This document shows, piece by piece, positions 20,884 through 30,388 of a stretch of 64,000 nt of DNA (the stretch's first letter is position 1; every line of letters starts with the position of its first letter). A program made the position numbers and the translations under genes. The DNA is taken from positions 17,712 through 81,711 of the forward strand of contig CAVSSM010000004.1 of assembly GCA_963730605.1 (NCBI GenBank), written 5' to 3'. This DNA comes from an uncultured Chlamydiae bacterium (lineage in GTDB: Bacteria; Chlamydiota; Chlamydiia; Chlamydiales; SM23-39). Below the pieces are notes generated by a model. It did not search any database. It was given only the letters and a program-made list of their open reading frames with translations, and was not told the origin of the DNA.

Positions 20884-22269
20884 GGGATTGTCTGAGGATA
20901 ACTCGTACACTTTCATAGGGAAATACCGATTCTTACCATTGGAGAAATGGTATAATTCCAGTCACCACGAAATTCATTGAAGGTGATCGCAATCTCTCGA
21001 AAATCTTCATCGCTAATCTCTCTGCCTTTTTCATACTCTCTGAAGTCGATTTGGGCTTGAATTTCTAGCCCTTTGGTCGTTTTTGTGCTACCGATTAACT
21101 GCACGATCGCCTCACGGGTGATCAGCGGCACCCCTCTCCAGTTCTGAGAAATATAGCTGAACATCTTGTGTTCGATTTTATTCCATTTACTTGTCGCTGG
21201 CGGGAAATGACATACATGAATTTCTAACCCCAATTCATTTGCCAGTTTTTGCAGTTCCCACTTCCAAAGCCTCACCCTATTGCCATTGCTGCCACCACAA
21301 TCGGCAGTTATCATCAACTTGGAGGCATTTCGATAGTCTTTTTTTCCTATTTTTTGCCACCAACTACGAATCGTATTTACAGCAAATTCAGCAGTGTCGC
21401 TCGTAATTCCAACACTGACCCAGCCCTTATTTTTGCCAATATCATATACCCCATACGGGGCCACTTTCCCCGCTTCTTTGTCGGGAAAATCATGAACATC
21501 GACCTTAACTGGCTCTCCTCGCTTGAGGTCATGGACGAATGGAGTTCAGAAAGATTTATGCGACGGATGATTTGGACTGGTTGCCTCAGAAGAACGAGTG
21601 GGTGGGCCTACGGTCTATCATCAAATTAGACTCGGTGAGATGGGCAGAGGGCAAAAGACAACAGGAAATCAAGTATTACATCAGCAGTTTACCACCCGAA
21701 GCGGAAACCCTCTCTCGTGTGATTAGAGGGCATTGGAGCATTGAGAGCAGATGTCATTGGGTATTGGATGTGGTATTCGCCGAAGATCGCAATCCGATAG
21801 TAGAAGGGCACGCTCCAGAAAATCTGAGGGCTGTGAACTTGTTAGCGGCAAAAATGTTGAAAGAGGAAAAATCGTGTAGAAAGGGCATTAGAGCCAAACG
21901 GTTTAAGGCGGCGCTTGATAATGACTACCTACACAGGGTGTTGCTGGCCGCTAACTTTTGATGCGCTCGCCCTGGTTTTTGTTGGATATCTTTGATCCCC
22001 AAATAGATTGTCGAACGACTAACTTTAGTAGCGGCATGCACCAATGTTACTCCGCCCTTTCCAAGTGCTAACGCTTCAGCGGCACACCACAAGCGACGGC
22101 TTTTTTCGTTCAATGAGTGATTGACTCGAAGATATTTTGTTCGGATTATGTTCTGAGAAACCACGCTCTCTACTCTGAGGGCAGGAAGAGTAGCATCAAT
22201 ATATATTTTTATCTATGGAAATTTGAAAAATTTCCTATGAGAGTGTACGAGTTATCTTCAGACAATCCC
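20884..22269 (-). mobile_element. ISAzo13-family IS (Rhodopirellula-type DDE transposase), disrupted
   Basis: About 40-bp terminal IRs GGGATTGTCTGA(G/A)GATAACTCGTACACT, flanking TAA duplication; N-terminal fragment LNEKSRRLWCAAEA and C-terminal fragment PYGVYDI...TADCGGSNG...PPATSKWNKIEH. Confidence 0.92.
21525..21974 (+). mobile_element. ISAs1-family transposase C-terminal fragment with right IR, nested in the ISAzo13 element
   Basis: GHGRME, YYISSL, IRGHWSIESRCHWVLDVVFAED; end TTTGATGCGCTCGCCCTG. Confidence 0.88.
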
Positions 22270-22494
22270 TAAGCATTGGGAGATTAGCGGCTTTAGCCAT
22301 CCGCTAATTTTGCTCAACAGCGGGATGACTTCTTTGCGCTCATCTCCTGAGGCCCGTGCTTGTAACGACCAAGGGTTGCCCTAAAGCATCAACAAGCAGG
22401 TGGCTCGTTACTCCCTTCCCCTTGTATCCATAGTCAACCTTCTCGCCGCCTCCCTTCCCTCCGGAAAAAAAGACAGCGTAATCCCATCTCCTTT

Positions 22495-22606
22495 CTTGCC
22501 TATGGAGTGTCGATTACCGACCCCTGTCTCTTTCTCTCTCTCTCTCTTGGGAAGAGACGGAAAAGCCGCTCCTCTCAGCCAGAGAGCATCGGTCCGAGAG
22601 AAATAG
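22495..22606 (+). repeat. Decayed duplicate of the DAHP synthase gene 3' end (18890-18994)
   Basis: 34/35 identity CTTGCCTATGGAGT(A/G)TCGATTACCGACCCCTGTCT, weaker similarity to AAATAG, with a CT microsatellite expansion. Confidence 0.85.
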
Positions 22607-22607
22607 G

Positions 22608-23228
22608 TTATTCTTCTTCTAGCGGTTTATCCATTTTTTTTTGGGGTTCTAGATCTGGGATAACCCCGGCACTTTCAAGTTCGTTTTGAGGTACTAGATC
22701 TGGGATAACCCCGGCAAATTCAAGTCCTCTGGCGATAAAAGCAAGGCCGAGCCTGTGGCCGATATTCGCGCGATCGACATCTTTTTTCAGCTTTTCGCAG
22801 ATAGGGATAGCCAGGGCTGTACACTTGGTACCCTTTGGGATGACGATGACATTGCCGAACTGTCTTTGTATCTTGGTTTCATCTGTATCCGTGACACAAA
22901 GAATACCGGGACGCCCAGTCTGAGCCTCGAAATCATCATCACGATTGCCCGTGGATGAATTTTCCCAACCCAAAGCATAATCAACAGCCGTCGCAATATG
23001 AGAAACATCAAGAAGATAAAGATCGTGCTTGGTAGTAAAGGATTTGGACTCTTCCGGTTCGATGTCGAATCGCCCCCCATCCCCCCGTACGCCATTGATC
23101 GTTGTGCCGTGAATTCCAATTAATTTATCACTTGAAATATTGGGCATTTTTTGTTTAAACCACAGATTACTCAGGTGTTCTGCACCTCTTTTTCCTATGA
23201 AAAGGCTTCTTAAAATACTCAGCGTCAT
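22608..23228 (-). CDS. Orphan protein, possible ADP-ribosyltransferase-fold effector
   Basis: Clear AGGAG RBS and AT-rich upstream; IHGTT...LYLLD...AVDYA pattern; 15-aa C-terminal duplication (AGVIPDL x2). The ORF is well supported, the function speculative. Confidence 0.5.
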   Translation of the reverse strand: MTLSILRSLFIGKRGAEHLSNLWFKQKMPNISSDKLIGIHGTTINGVRGDGGRFDIEPEESKSFTTKHDLYLLDVSHIATAVDYALGWENSSTGNRDDDFEAQTGRPGILCVTDTDETKIQRQFGNVIVIPKGTKCTALAIPICEKLKKDVDRANIGHRLGLAFIARGLEFAGVIPDLVPQNELESAGVIPDLEPQKKMDKPLEEE

Positions 23229-23321
23229 AAACTCTCCTTAATTTACTTGTTATTAATACATATATTATAACATAGAACATTTATTAATTAAAGAGTTATT
23301 TTATTTATAATTACATTTTTA

Positions 23322-23768
23322 TTAGCGGGATAAACCCTTGTTTCCCACATCGATGAGCTTCGTCCAGAATTGATGTTCCCACTCGCCGGCGACCTCCCCT
23401 TTTTCCGAGATTGCTTGCACCCGATAAGTCAGGATCCGCCGGTCAATGCCGCCGGCAGCCTGCGGGAAAAAGAAAGCGGTGTAGTCCGTCTCCTTTCGAT
23501 TGGCTGGCAGATCGTCTCTTTGGGAATCGTCCCAGAAACGGATCGTCAGATGGAGTTGCAGCCCCTTTTCGAAAACGCTTCGAGGAAAATCCCAACTCAC
23601 TAAAAGACGCTGCCCTACAGGCGCATCCTCTTGCCGAGGGTCAGGCGTCCGGATGTGGCTGCTGGCCAGATAATCCCGGTCGATCCATTCTTGCTGGACA
23701 TTGAAATGGTTCTTATAGCAAGAAGCGAGGTTGATTGCGGCGAGGATTAGGAGTATCTTAAAATACAT
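23322..23768 (-). CDS. Conserved chlamydial lipoprotein
   Basis: Lipobox LASC after MYFKILLILAAIN; YLASSHIRTPDPR...GQRLLVSW, WEHQFW; lies between valS and the V-ATPase operon. Confidence 0.7.
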   Translation of the reverse strand: MYFKILLILAAINLASCYKNHFNVQQEWIDRDYLASSHIRTPDPRQEDAPVGQRLLVSWDFPRSVFEKGLQLHLTIRFWDDSQRDDLPANRKETDYTAFFFPQAAGGIDRRILTYRVQAISEKGEVAGEWEHQFWTKLIDVGNKGLSR

Positions 23769-24273
23769 GAATCTCAAAAGTGGGCCCGAAAGCGTTGCCG
23801 GCGTTATTTTCAATCCTGAACGGACAGCTGTTCTCCTCATCCAACGCCGCGACGTCCCTGTCTGGGTGCTCCCAGGCGGCGGAGTGGAAAAGGGGGAACT
23901 GCCGCAGGATGCCATCGTACGGGAAATTTTGGAAGAAACCGGCTTAACTGTCAAAGCCGAGAGACTCGTCGGCATCTACACCCCGATCAACCGGCTCGCT
24001 CGCCATACGCTCCTTTACGAATGCACCTCATTGAGCGGCGACCTTACTCTCTCCAATGAAACAAAGGGCGTTTCTTTCTTCTCTCTAAACACTCTTCCGC
24101 CACTTCCTCCTCCTTATCAGGAGTGGATCGACGACGGAGCCGCCATGGGTCCTACCCTGATCAAACCCCTAACATCCGTCACCTATTCGGCCTTGCTCAA
24201 GAATCTCATGCTCCATCCCATTCTCGTCATCCGGTTCCTTTTAGCCCGCCTCGGATTCGCGATCAATTCTTAA
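23767..24273 (+). CDS. NUDIX hydrolase
   Basis: WVLPGGGVEKGELPQDAIVREILEETGL. Confidence 0.9.
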   Translation: MNLKSGPESVAGVIFNPERTAVLLIQRRDVPVWVLPGGGVEKGELPQDAIVREILEETGLTVKAERLVGIYTPINRLARHTLLYECTSLSGDLTLSNETKGVSFFSLNTLPPLPPPYQEWIDDGAAMGPTLIKPLTSVTYSALLKNLMLHPILVIRFLLARLGFAINS

Positions 24274-24303
24274 AGAAGGTTCAAAATTTCCCATGCACTA
24301 ATA

Positions 24304-24468
24304 ACCTGAGTTTTGGGTTCATTTGCCTGAGCTTCAATTTCTTTCGGCATCTTTTTGACTTTTCGCCTCGGCAAGATGCTCGTCCCGATATTGCTCTCGG
24401 CTCCAAAGCGCAAAAATATGCTCGAAATATCCTTGAATCTCATAGACAAATGAACCCAAAACTCAGGT
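24304..24468. mobile_element. 165-bp palindromic MITE (family B), copy 1
   Basis: IR ACCTGAGTTTTGGGTTCATTTG...CAAATGAACCCAAAACTCAGGT; flanks TAATA/TACTA; near-identical inverted copy at 61015-61179. Confidence 0.9.
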
Positions 24469-24487
24469 TACTAAGCGCGGCTGTAAA

Positions 24488-24793
24488 TTGTCTTTTGACA
24501 AAGGCGAGGCTGAAGTGGATCTTGAAGCAAGCACACTGCGCATTCAACGCAACGATCATTCCCCTGTAGTATTTGACTTGAATACTAGAAATATTCCCCA
24601 TGCTGGCGGGGATGTCTATGTAGCCCATACAGTGCTTGGCACTTTGCCTCAGGGGAATCACCAGGCAGAGTTTGCCGACCCCTCCGTACAAATCTCAACA
24701 ATCCTGTCTCTTGTATCAGAAGAACAAGCTCGGACCTGCGATCCCACACCCCGCAAAATTTCTAAGGTGAACAATCAATGGGTTGTGGAGTAA
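24488..24793 (+). CDS. Hypothetical protein, probably a 5'-truncated remnant next to MITE B
   Basis: 101-aa ORF with protein-like composition, TTG start, no RBS. Confidence 0.35.
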   Translation: MSFDKGEAEVDLEASTLRIQRNDHSPVVFDLNTRNIPHAGGDVYVAHTVLGTLPQGNHQAEFADPSVQISTILSLVSEEQARTCDPTPRKISKVNNQWVVE

Positions 24794-24798
24794 GAAAG

Positions 24799-25731
24799 TC
24801 AAAACCTCGTCTGAAGGGTACTAATTTGAATAGCCCTTTCGAAAATCTCTTTCGAGCCAGAGGAGAGCGTCCCCGACTTGAACTTATAATCCTCGGAGAG
24901 AAAATCGAGCGGCTTTCCTTTTAGATCGGTGATGTTCCCTCCCGCTTCTTTCAAGATCACGGCGCCGGAAGCATAGTCCCAGACGCTTCCGCTCTCTCCG
25001 CTAGACGCGTAGATATTTCGGCTCCCTTCCGCGATCATGCAAAGCCTAAGACCGCAACTGCCCACGTTCTTGAAATCTCGCTTTAGCATTTTGGGGGTAA
25101 GCTCCATGCCTAAAAGAGAGGTGTAAAACAAGTGGACAAAGGAGGATTTCCGCGAGGAGATAACCGGACGGACCACTTTCGCTTTGCCTTCGACGCGGAT
25201 CCGTTTCAGCGCCCCGTTTCTCACCTGCTTATAGGCTCCGCATCCAAGGACAGCCAAGTACATTTTCTTTGCCACCGGATAGTAATTCACTCCCAAAACC
25301 GGCTCGCCGAAATGTAAAAGGGCGATGTGGATCCCGAAATCTTTTCCTCCGGCGATGAAAGATTTCGTCCCATCCAGAGGATCGACCACCCAGGTCCATT
25401 CGGCCTCTCTCCAGCGGGCGATGGCCTTTTCCATCATTTCTCCATCGATTTTCTCTTCGGTCAAAAGCCCATAATCGGGAAAGGCTGCTAGAAGCTTTTT
25501 ACAAATCGCCTCGTTCGATTGCAGATCGGCGATCGTCACTGGCGTCTCTCCCTTCAGCTCGGTCTCGAGGTCGACGCCCCGGTTCCAATACTGAAGCAGG
25601 ATACTCCCCGCCTCTCTTGCAGCCTCCCTGGCCGTCTCCAGTTCTTTTGGGTAGGAAAACACCGGAGCCTTCTCCTGTTTAGAGAATAGGCAAGAGACGA
25701 ACAAATTCAAAAGCAACAAAATCCTCAACAT
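24799..25731 (-). CDS. cysQ: Inositol monophosphatase / 3'(2'),5'-bisphosphate nucleotidase (CysQ-like)
   Basis: PVTIADL, LTEE, WVVDPLDGTKSF, WDYASGAVILKEAGG; hydrophobic signal-like N-terminus. Confidence 0.8.
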   Translation of the reverse strand: MLRILLLLNLFVSCLFSKQEKAPVFSYPKELETAREAAREAGSILLQYWNRGVDLETELKGETPVTIADLQSNEAICKKLLAAFPDYGLLTEEKIDGEMMEKAIARWREAEWTWVVDPLDGTKSFIAGGKDFGIHIALLHFGEPVLGVNYYPVAKKMYLAVLGCGAYKQVRNGALKRIRVEGKAKVVRPVISSRKSSFVHLFYTSLLGMELTPKMLKRDFKNVGSCGLRLCMIAEGSRNIYASSGESGSVWDYASGAVILKEAGGNITDLKGKPLDFLSEDYKFKSGTLSSGSKEIFERAIQISTLQTRF

Positions 25732-26064
25732 ACTGCGGCCATAACCCAAAAAACTTAACCACAGAGAGCAAGAGAGCTCACAGAAGCGCGAAGCGCGCGA
25801 AACTGCTTCTATTCTTTCTCTCTTGTGCTCTGTGTTCTCTTCAGACTTTCGTACCCTTTGGGATAAATGTCCTCATATTTCTCGCTCCTCCAGAGCCTTT
25901 CAACGAACACGTTTTCAGAAAACTCGCACATCGCGTATATCCATTTCATTGTAAAAAATTATCCTTTTTGAAAAGTCAAGTCAAAAAACGAGACTATAGA
26001 TTCCAAGTCCAATGAAGTCAAGGCTATCCCCAAGTTGCTCAGGAGCGACATACCGGTCGCACTC

Positions 26065-26098
26065 ATGTGCGATTTTCCGCTTCGGAAAACTCGCACAT
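26065..26098 (-). terminator. Hairpin downstream of atpK, candidate terminator of the V-ATPase operon
   Basis: ATGTGCGATTTTCCG-CTT-CGGAAAACTCGCACAT stem; no long U-tract. Confidence 0.4.
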
Positions 26099-26110
26099 CG
26101 CGTAAAATCC

Positions 26111-26533
26111 TTACATCAAAAGCAGCGCGAAGACGAAGGCGAACAGGGCGAACGATTCGATAATGGTGATCGACACAAGCGTCTTCCCGTAGATAGCGGG
26201 CTGTTTCGCCGCGGCTTGGATCGCAGTCGCGCAGCACTTGCCTTGAAATAAGGAGGAAGCGATGAGAGCCAGGCCGACCACAAACCCGATTCCGATCGCG
26301 CTGACTCCGGTGAGAGTGCCCGCTTTGATGGCGTTTTTCATCATGACCATGAGGATCAGGCCGTAGATAGACTGGGATGAAGGGATCGCTGAGAGGGCGA
26401 TGAATTTGGCGTGTCCTTCATCGAAGCGAGACATGATGGCGTGGGAGGCCATGCCGGCAATGCCGCATCCAACCGCGCTTCCAAAACAGCCGAGACCCAT
26501 CACGATCGCGGGGCCTATCATATCGAAATTCAT
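26111..26533 (-). CDS. atpK: V-type ATP synthase subunit K (c)
   Basis: Four TM helices, PSSQSIYG, IIESFALFAFVF. Confidence 0.95.
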   Translation of the reverse strand: MNFDMIGPAIVMGLGCFGSAVGCGIAGMASHAIMSRFDEGHAKFIALSAIPSSQSIYGLILMVMMKNAIKAGTLTGVSAIGIGFVVGLALIASSLFQGKCCATAIQAAAKQPAIYGKTLVSITIIESFALFAFVFALLLM

Positions 26534-26541
26534 AAGTTCTC

Positions 26542-28464
26542 CTATTTAACTTTGCGTATTCTAAGTGGATTGAAAAGGCGCCCTCCCCCCTCGAAACAAA
26601 AACGGTACCATTCCAGGAAGTTGAGGCGGAGGCCATGGATCGTCGCCGACATAGTAGAAAGGCTGATGTTGATCAAATGGCCAAAGAGGACGACAAAGAT
26701 GGTTGCGATGACGCCGAGCTCAATTCCGAGGGTCGTATTCACCGTATTGGCCATCACCATGCCCGCGAGAGCCAAAGCGTAGAGGCGAAGGTAGGAAAGG
26801 ACGTCCGAAAAGACCTGAATGCCGTTTGTCAACTCGACAATCGAGAGCCATTTTTTTCCTTGGAAAAGGGAGGCGATAAGGACGATGGCGGGCCCGACGG
26901 CGAGGAACTGTAACCCGAGGAAGCGGGCCAAAGACTGCGAAATCAGACCGGTGAAGTTCGCGATCGAGGCGGCGCCTAAATAGACCGGGAAATACAAATA
27001 TCCGCCGATCATGAAGAGGATCCATCCGAGCCCAGCGGGATTCCGGAGCAGCCATCGGCAAAAGGAGGTTGTGAGATGGACGATCCCGACAAGAAGCGAG
27101 AGTTCGAGAAGGATGTTGTTGAAAAAATCTTCAAGCGCTTTGTATTTGATATGACCCTCTTTCCTATAGGCCGTCTTTACGAGGAAATCATGTCCGTCGG
27201 CAGCGTCTTTGACGCCCGGATAATCTTTGAGATAGGAATGATAGACCTCGTCTTTTTGCTCTAGGTGATAACCGGCTTTTTTTTCCGCAAGGAAGTCAAT
27301 GAATGACGTCTTGCGGAGGGGGTTTTCCGCTCCGATCTCAATCCCGAAGTAAGAAGCGGTGACGCATCCCCAGACGATGCAGGAGATGGAGAGAAGCATG
27401 AATAGCTTCGCGAACCGCTTCAGGGTGCCCGGCGCGTCTTTCGGAATTTTCCATTTGAGGATCAGGGCGATCACAAGGAAGATGAACCCATAGCCGGCAT
27501 CCGAGATGATCATGGCAAAGAAAAGAGCAAAAAACCAAAGGATCCAAGCAGAGGGGTCAAGGTCTGTGGAAGCGGGGACGTCGTAAATATAGATGAGGTC
27601 TTCGCCGAGTTTCGAGATTCTTTTGTTTTCGACGCAGGTGGGAATCCTGTCCGCCGCTTCGATCGCGATCTCTTCGCATTGGACGTTCAGGTTGCTGAGC
27701 AGGCCAAAGAGGGCCGCCGTACGGTTTTCAGGGACCCAGGCCTCGATCGCGAATACGGCGTCGCCAAGAGGGGTCGTTGCGTCGTGTTTGGCAAGGTTCA
27801 AAGTATATTTATTCAGACAGTCATTGAAGCCGTTTTGCAGCTCGGGGAGGGCGTTGCAGAAGAGGCGAAGATCGGCTTCGCACCGGGCGAGCTCGCCCTG
27901 CGCAGTCAGGAGCCTTTCCTTCAGTTCTCCGACGGGAGCGTCGATCAGGATCTCGATCATTTTGGGATATTGGACCCGCTCTTTGTTTACGCTCACGAAA
28001 TAATCGAGATCATATTCGGTGCCGACGAAAATAACCTCAGAGGGGAGGACCATCTCCCGGGCAAGATCGCTTTTCATGCAGAAGAATTGGATGACCCGTT
28101 TGCCAGCGCTTTCGACCTCGGCAAGATCCATCTTGGAAAAGTCGCCGAAGATGGCGATCCGGGAGATCTCGGCTTTCAAGATCCGCTGCTCTTCGAGAAG
28201 CCTCTCCTCATCCGCATGCAACTTCAGGATTGTTTGCGCAATGAGGAGAGGCTCGAGCGGAGGGGCCTCTTTAGGATGGATGAAATGGTGTTTGGCAATC
28301 TTGATGGCGGTTAGGATCGTCTTTGCGTCCTCTGGCAGCTCAATGGCTTTTTTGTGGGAAAGGCCGATGAACTCCAAAAAGCCAGCCCGTTGGGCCAAGG
28401 TGAAAAAGCGGTCTGTCTCGCTTTTACTGCCCCAAAGGAGGTATTTATGCATTTTGATGATCAC
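26542..28464 (-). CDS. atpI: V-type ATP synthase subunit I
   Basis: FAMIISDAGYG, FSDVLSYLRLYALALA, IHGLRLNFLEW. Confidence 0.95.
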   Translation of the reverse strand: MIIKMHKYLLWGSKSETDRFFTLAQRAGFLEFIGLSHKKAIELPEDAKTILTAIKIAKHHFIHPKEAPPLEPLLIAQTILKLHADEERLLEEQRILKAEISRIAIFGDFSKMDLAEVESAGKRVIQFFCMKSDLAREMVLPSEVIFVGTEYDLDYFVSVNKERVQYPKMIEILIDAPVGELKERLLTAQGELARCEADLRLFCNALPELQNGFNDCLNKYTLNLAKHDATTPLGDAVFAIEAWVPENRTAALFGLLSNLNVQCEEIAIEAADRIPTCVENKRISKLGEDLIYIYDVPASTDLDPSAWILWFFALFFAMIISDAGYGFIFLVIALILKWKIPKDAPGTLKRFAKLFMLLSISCIVWGCVTASYFGIEIGAENPLRKTSFIDFLAEKKAGYHLEQKDEVYHSYLKDYPGVKDAADGHDFLVKTAYRKEGHIKYKALEDFFNNILLELSLLVGIVHLTTSFCRWLLRNPAGLGWILFMIGGYLYFPVYLGAASIANFTGLISQSLARFLGLQFLAVGPAIVLIASLFQGKKWLSIVELTNGIQVFSDVLSYLRLYALALAGMVMANTVNTTLGIELGVIATIFVVLFGHLINISLSTMSATIHGLRLNFLEWYRFCFEGGGRLFNPLRIRKVK

Positions 28465-29075
28465 GGAGCCGCCTCCGCCTTGCGCTTTTGGATTTTTCTT
28501 TTTGCGACTTTTGCTTGGGCCACTGCCGCAAGCTGCTGATCGCCGAGGAAAATCCGGATCTTGCTGATGTTCGCCTGCGACCTTGGGATCAAAATTTTTT
28601 CAAAGAGGTTCACTCGGATCGAAACCTCGCGCAGCTCCTTTTGCAATGCCCGCTTCTTTTCGAGTGCGATCGTAATTTTTTCCCGGATCGTAACGAGCTC
28701 CCGAAGAAGCTCTGTGGCCCGGTCTGTCCAGGCGGGCGTGTCGAAGAGAAAATATTCGGGATCCCTGAAGACCACTTTTTCCAAAATGGGGATTTCGACG
28801 CCTGCGATATTCTCATACTTTTTTTTCACATGGAGGACATCGGCATACTCGAGAAGATTGACTGTGACCTTTTCAAGAAGAAAAGGGGAAACGCCGTCCA
28901 CCTGTTTGCGAGATAGTTTCAAATCGTCGGAGAGCCTCGCGATTTCCATGTCGGCGGCCATGACTTCGAACTGGAGCATCGCTTTTTTGAGCTGAAGAGT
29001 AGGAAGATACCGCTGGAACTGCGTCAAGCGCGTTTGCTGGCTGCGCAGCTCGAACTTTGTCAGTTTCAAGGTCAT
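28461..29075 (-). CDS. atpD: V-type ATP synthase subunit D
   Basis: [29 protein letters not shown] overlap with atpB. Confidence 0.95.
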   Translation of the reverse strand: MTLKLTKFELRSQQTRLTQFQRYLPTLQLKKAMLQFEVMAADMEIARLSDDLKLSRKQVDGVSPFLLEKVTVNLLEYADVLHVKKKYENIAGVEIPILEKVVFRDPEYFLFDTPAWTDRATELLRELVTIREKITIALEKKRALQKELREVSIRVNLFEKILIPRSQANISKIRIFLGDQQLAAVAQAKVAKRKIQKRKAEAAP

Positions 29076-30388
29076 GAGATGATGGGTAGCTCCTTCGGCC
29101 AATACTTATCAGAAATCTGCTTTTTCACTCCGATCTCTTCTAATTCAAAGCATTCGGCCAGTGTCAGCCAGCCGAGATCGAGCGCCGCTTCTAAAGAGAG
29201 GTTCACATCCAGGTCCATCATCCTCTCCTCGAAGAGAAATGAATAGCGGAGGAGCTTTTCGTCCCAACGAGAGAGGCGAAATCCCATCGCTTGCCGCTCG
29301 CGCGCCTTTTTCGAATCGGCATAAAGGCGGATCATGGTATTGGCAAGGTCGCCGTGGTCTTCCCGGGTCACTTTCCCGATCACCTGCTGCTTGAGCCGGG
29401 ACAATGAGCCGAAGGGGTCGATCGATCCGTCATGAAGGTAAAACTGTCCCTCGGTGATGTATCCGGTGTTGTCGGGGATCGGATGAGTGACGTCGCCGCC
29501 GGGCATCGTGGTGACGGCGATGATCGTGATCGAGCCGCTCCCTTCGATGTCGACCGCCTTTTCATATCGGAAAGCCAGGTCGGAATAGAGAGAGCCCGGA
29601 TAACCCCGGTTCGAGGGGATCTGATCCATCGTGATCGCGATTTCTTTGATCGCATCGGCATAGGCGGTCATGTCGGTCATCAGGACCAAGACCGTTTTCC
29701 CAGCAAGGGCGAATTTTTCCGCGACCGCGAGGGCCATGTCAGGGACAAGGAGGCACTCTACCGGAGGATCGGTGGCTTGATGGATGAACATGACGGTTTT
29801 TTCGATCGATCCCGCTTTTTCGGCATTGTCGATAAACGCCTGGGTATCGTCGAAACGGAGCCCCATCCCTGCGAGAATCACGACATCGGCATCGGTCTGG
29901 TTGGCGATCCGCATCAAAAGAGGGTTGTATGGTTCTCCCGCGACCGAAAAAATGGGGATTTTTTGCGATTTGACAAGACAGTTGAAAACGTCGATCATCG
30001 GGATATTGGTCCGGACAAGCTCCCTCGGAATGATCCTCCGGGTCGGGTTGAAGGAGGGCTGGCCGATATCGACGCTCTCTCCCACGATTTCCGGACCTTC
30101 GTCTATGGGGTCGCCGGCGCCGTTCAAACGGCGCCCTAATAGGTCATCGGTAAAGGTCGCCGCTATTTGCCTCCCAAGAAAGGTGACTTTGTCTCCCGTA
30201 GAGATCCCTCGGATATTTTCGAAGACCTGCAGGGTGACGAGATCTTCATCGAATCTAAGAACCGATGCGAAAGTGCTTGTGCCGTTCGCTTTATGGATCC
30301 GAGCCACCTCTCCAAGGGAAATACCGACCGCTGCGACCGTGATGAGGTTGCCGCGCATATCGATGATCCGGTCGTATACTTTTCTCAT
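29072..30388 (-). CDS. atpB: V-type ATP synthase subunit B
   Basis: [33 protein letters not shown]. Confidence 0.96.
   Translation of the reverse strand: MRKVYDRIIDMRGNLITVAAVGISLGEVARIHKANGTSTFASVLRFDEDLVTLQVFENIRGISTGDKVTFLGRQIAATFTDDLLGRRLNGAGDPIDEGPEIVGESVDIGQPSFNPTRRIIPRELVRTNIPMIDVFNCLVKSQKIPIFSVAGEPYNPLLMRIANQTDADVVILAGMGLRFDDTQAFIDNAEKAGSIEKTVMFIHQATDPPVECLLVPDMALAVAEKFALAGKTVLVLMTDMTAYADAIKEIAITMDQIPSNRGYPGSLYSDLAFRYEKAVDIEGSGSITIIAVTTMPGGDVTHPIPDNTGYITEGQFYLHDGSIDPFGSLSRLKQQVIGKVTREDHGDLANTMIRLYADSKKARERQAMGFRLSRWDEKLLRYSFLFEERMMDLDVNLSLEAALDLGWLTLAECFELEEIGVKKQISDKYWPKELPIIS

Noticed and set aside
24123..24691. ORFs 24123-24569 and 24440-24691 (and 60833-61261, 61034-61243)
   Set aside because: Read-through of MITE B sequence, not independent genes
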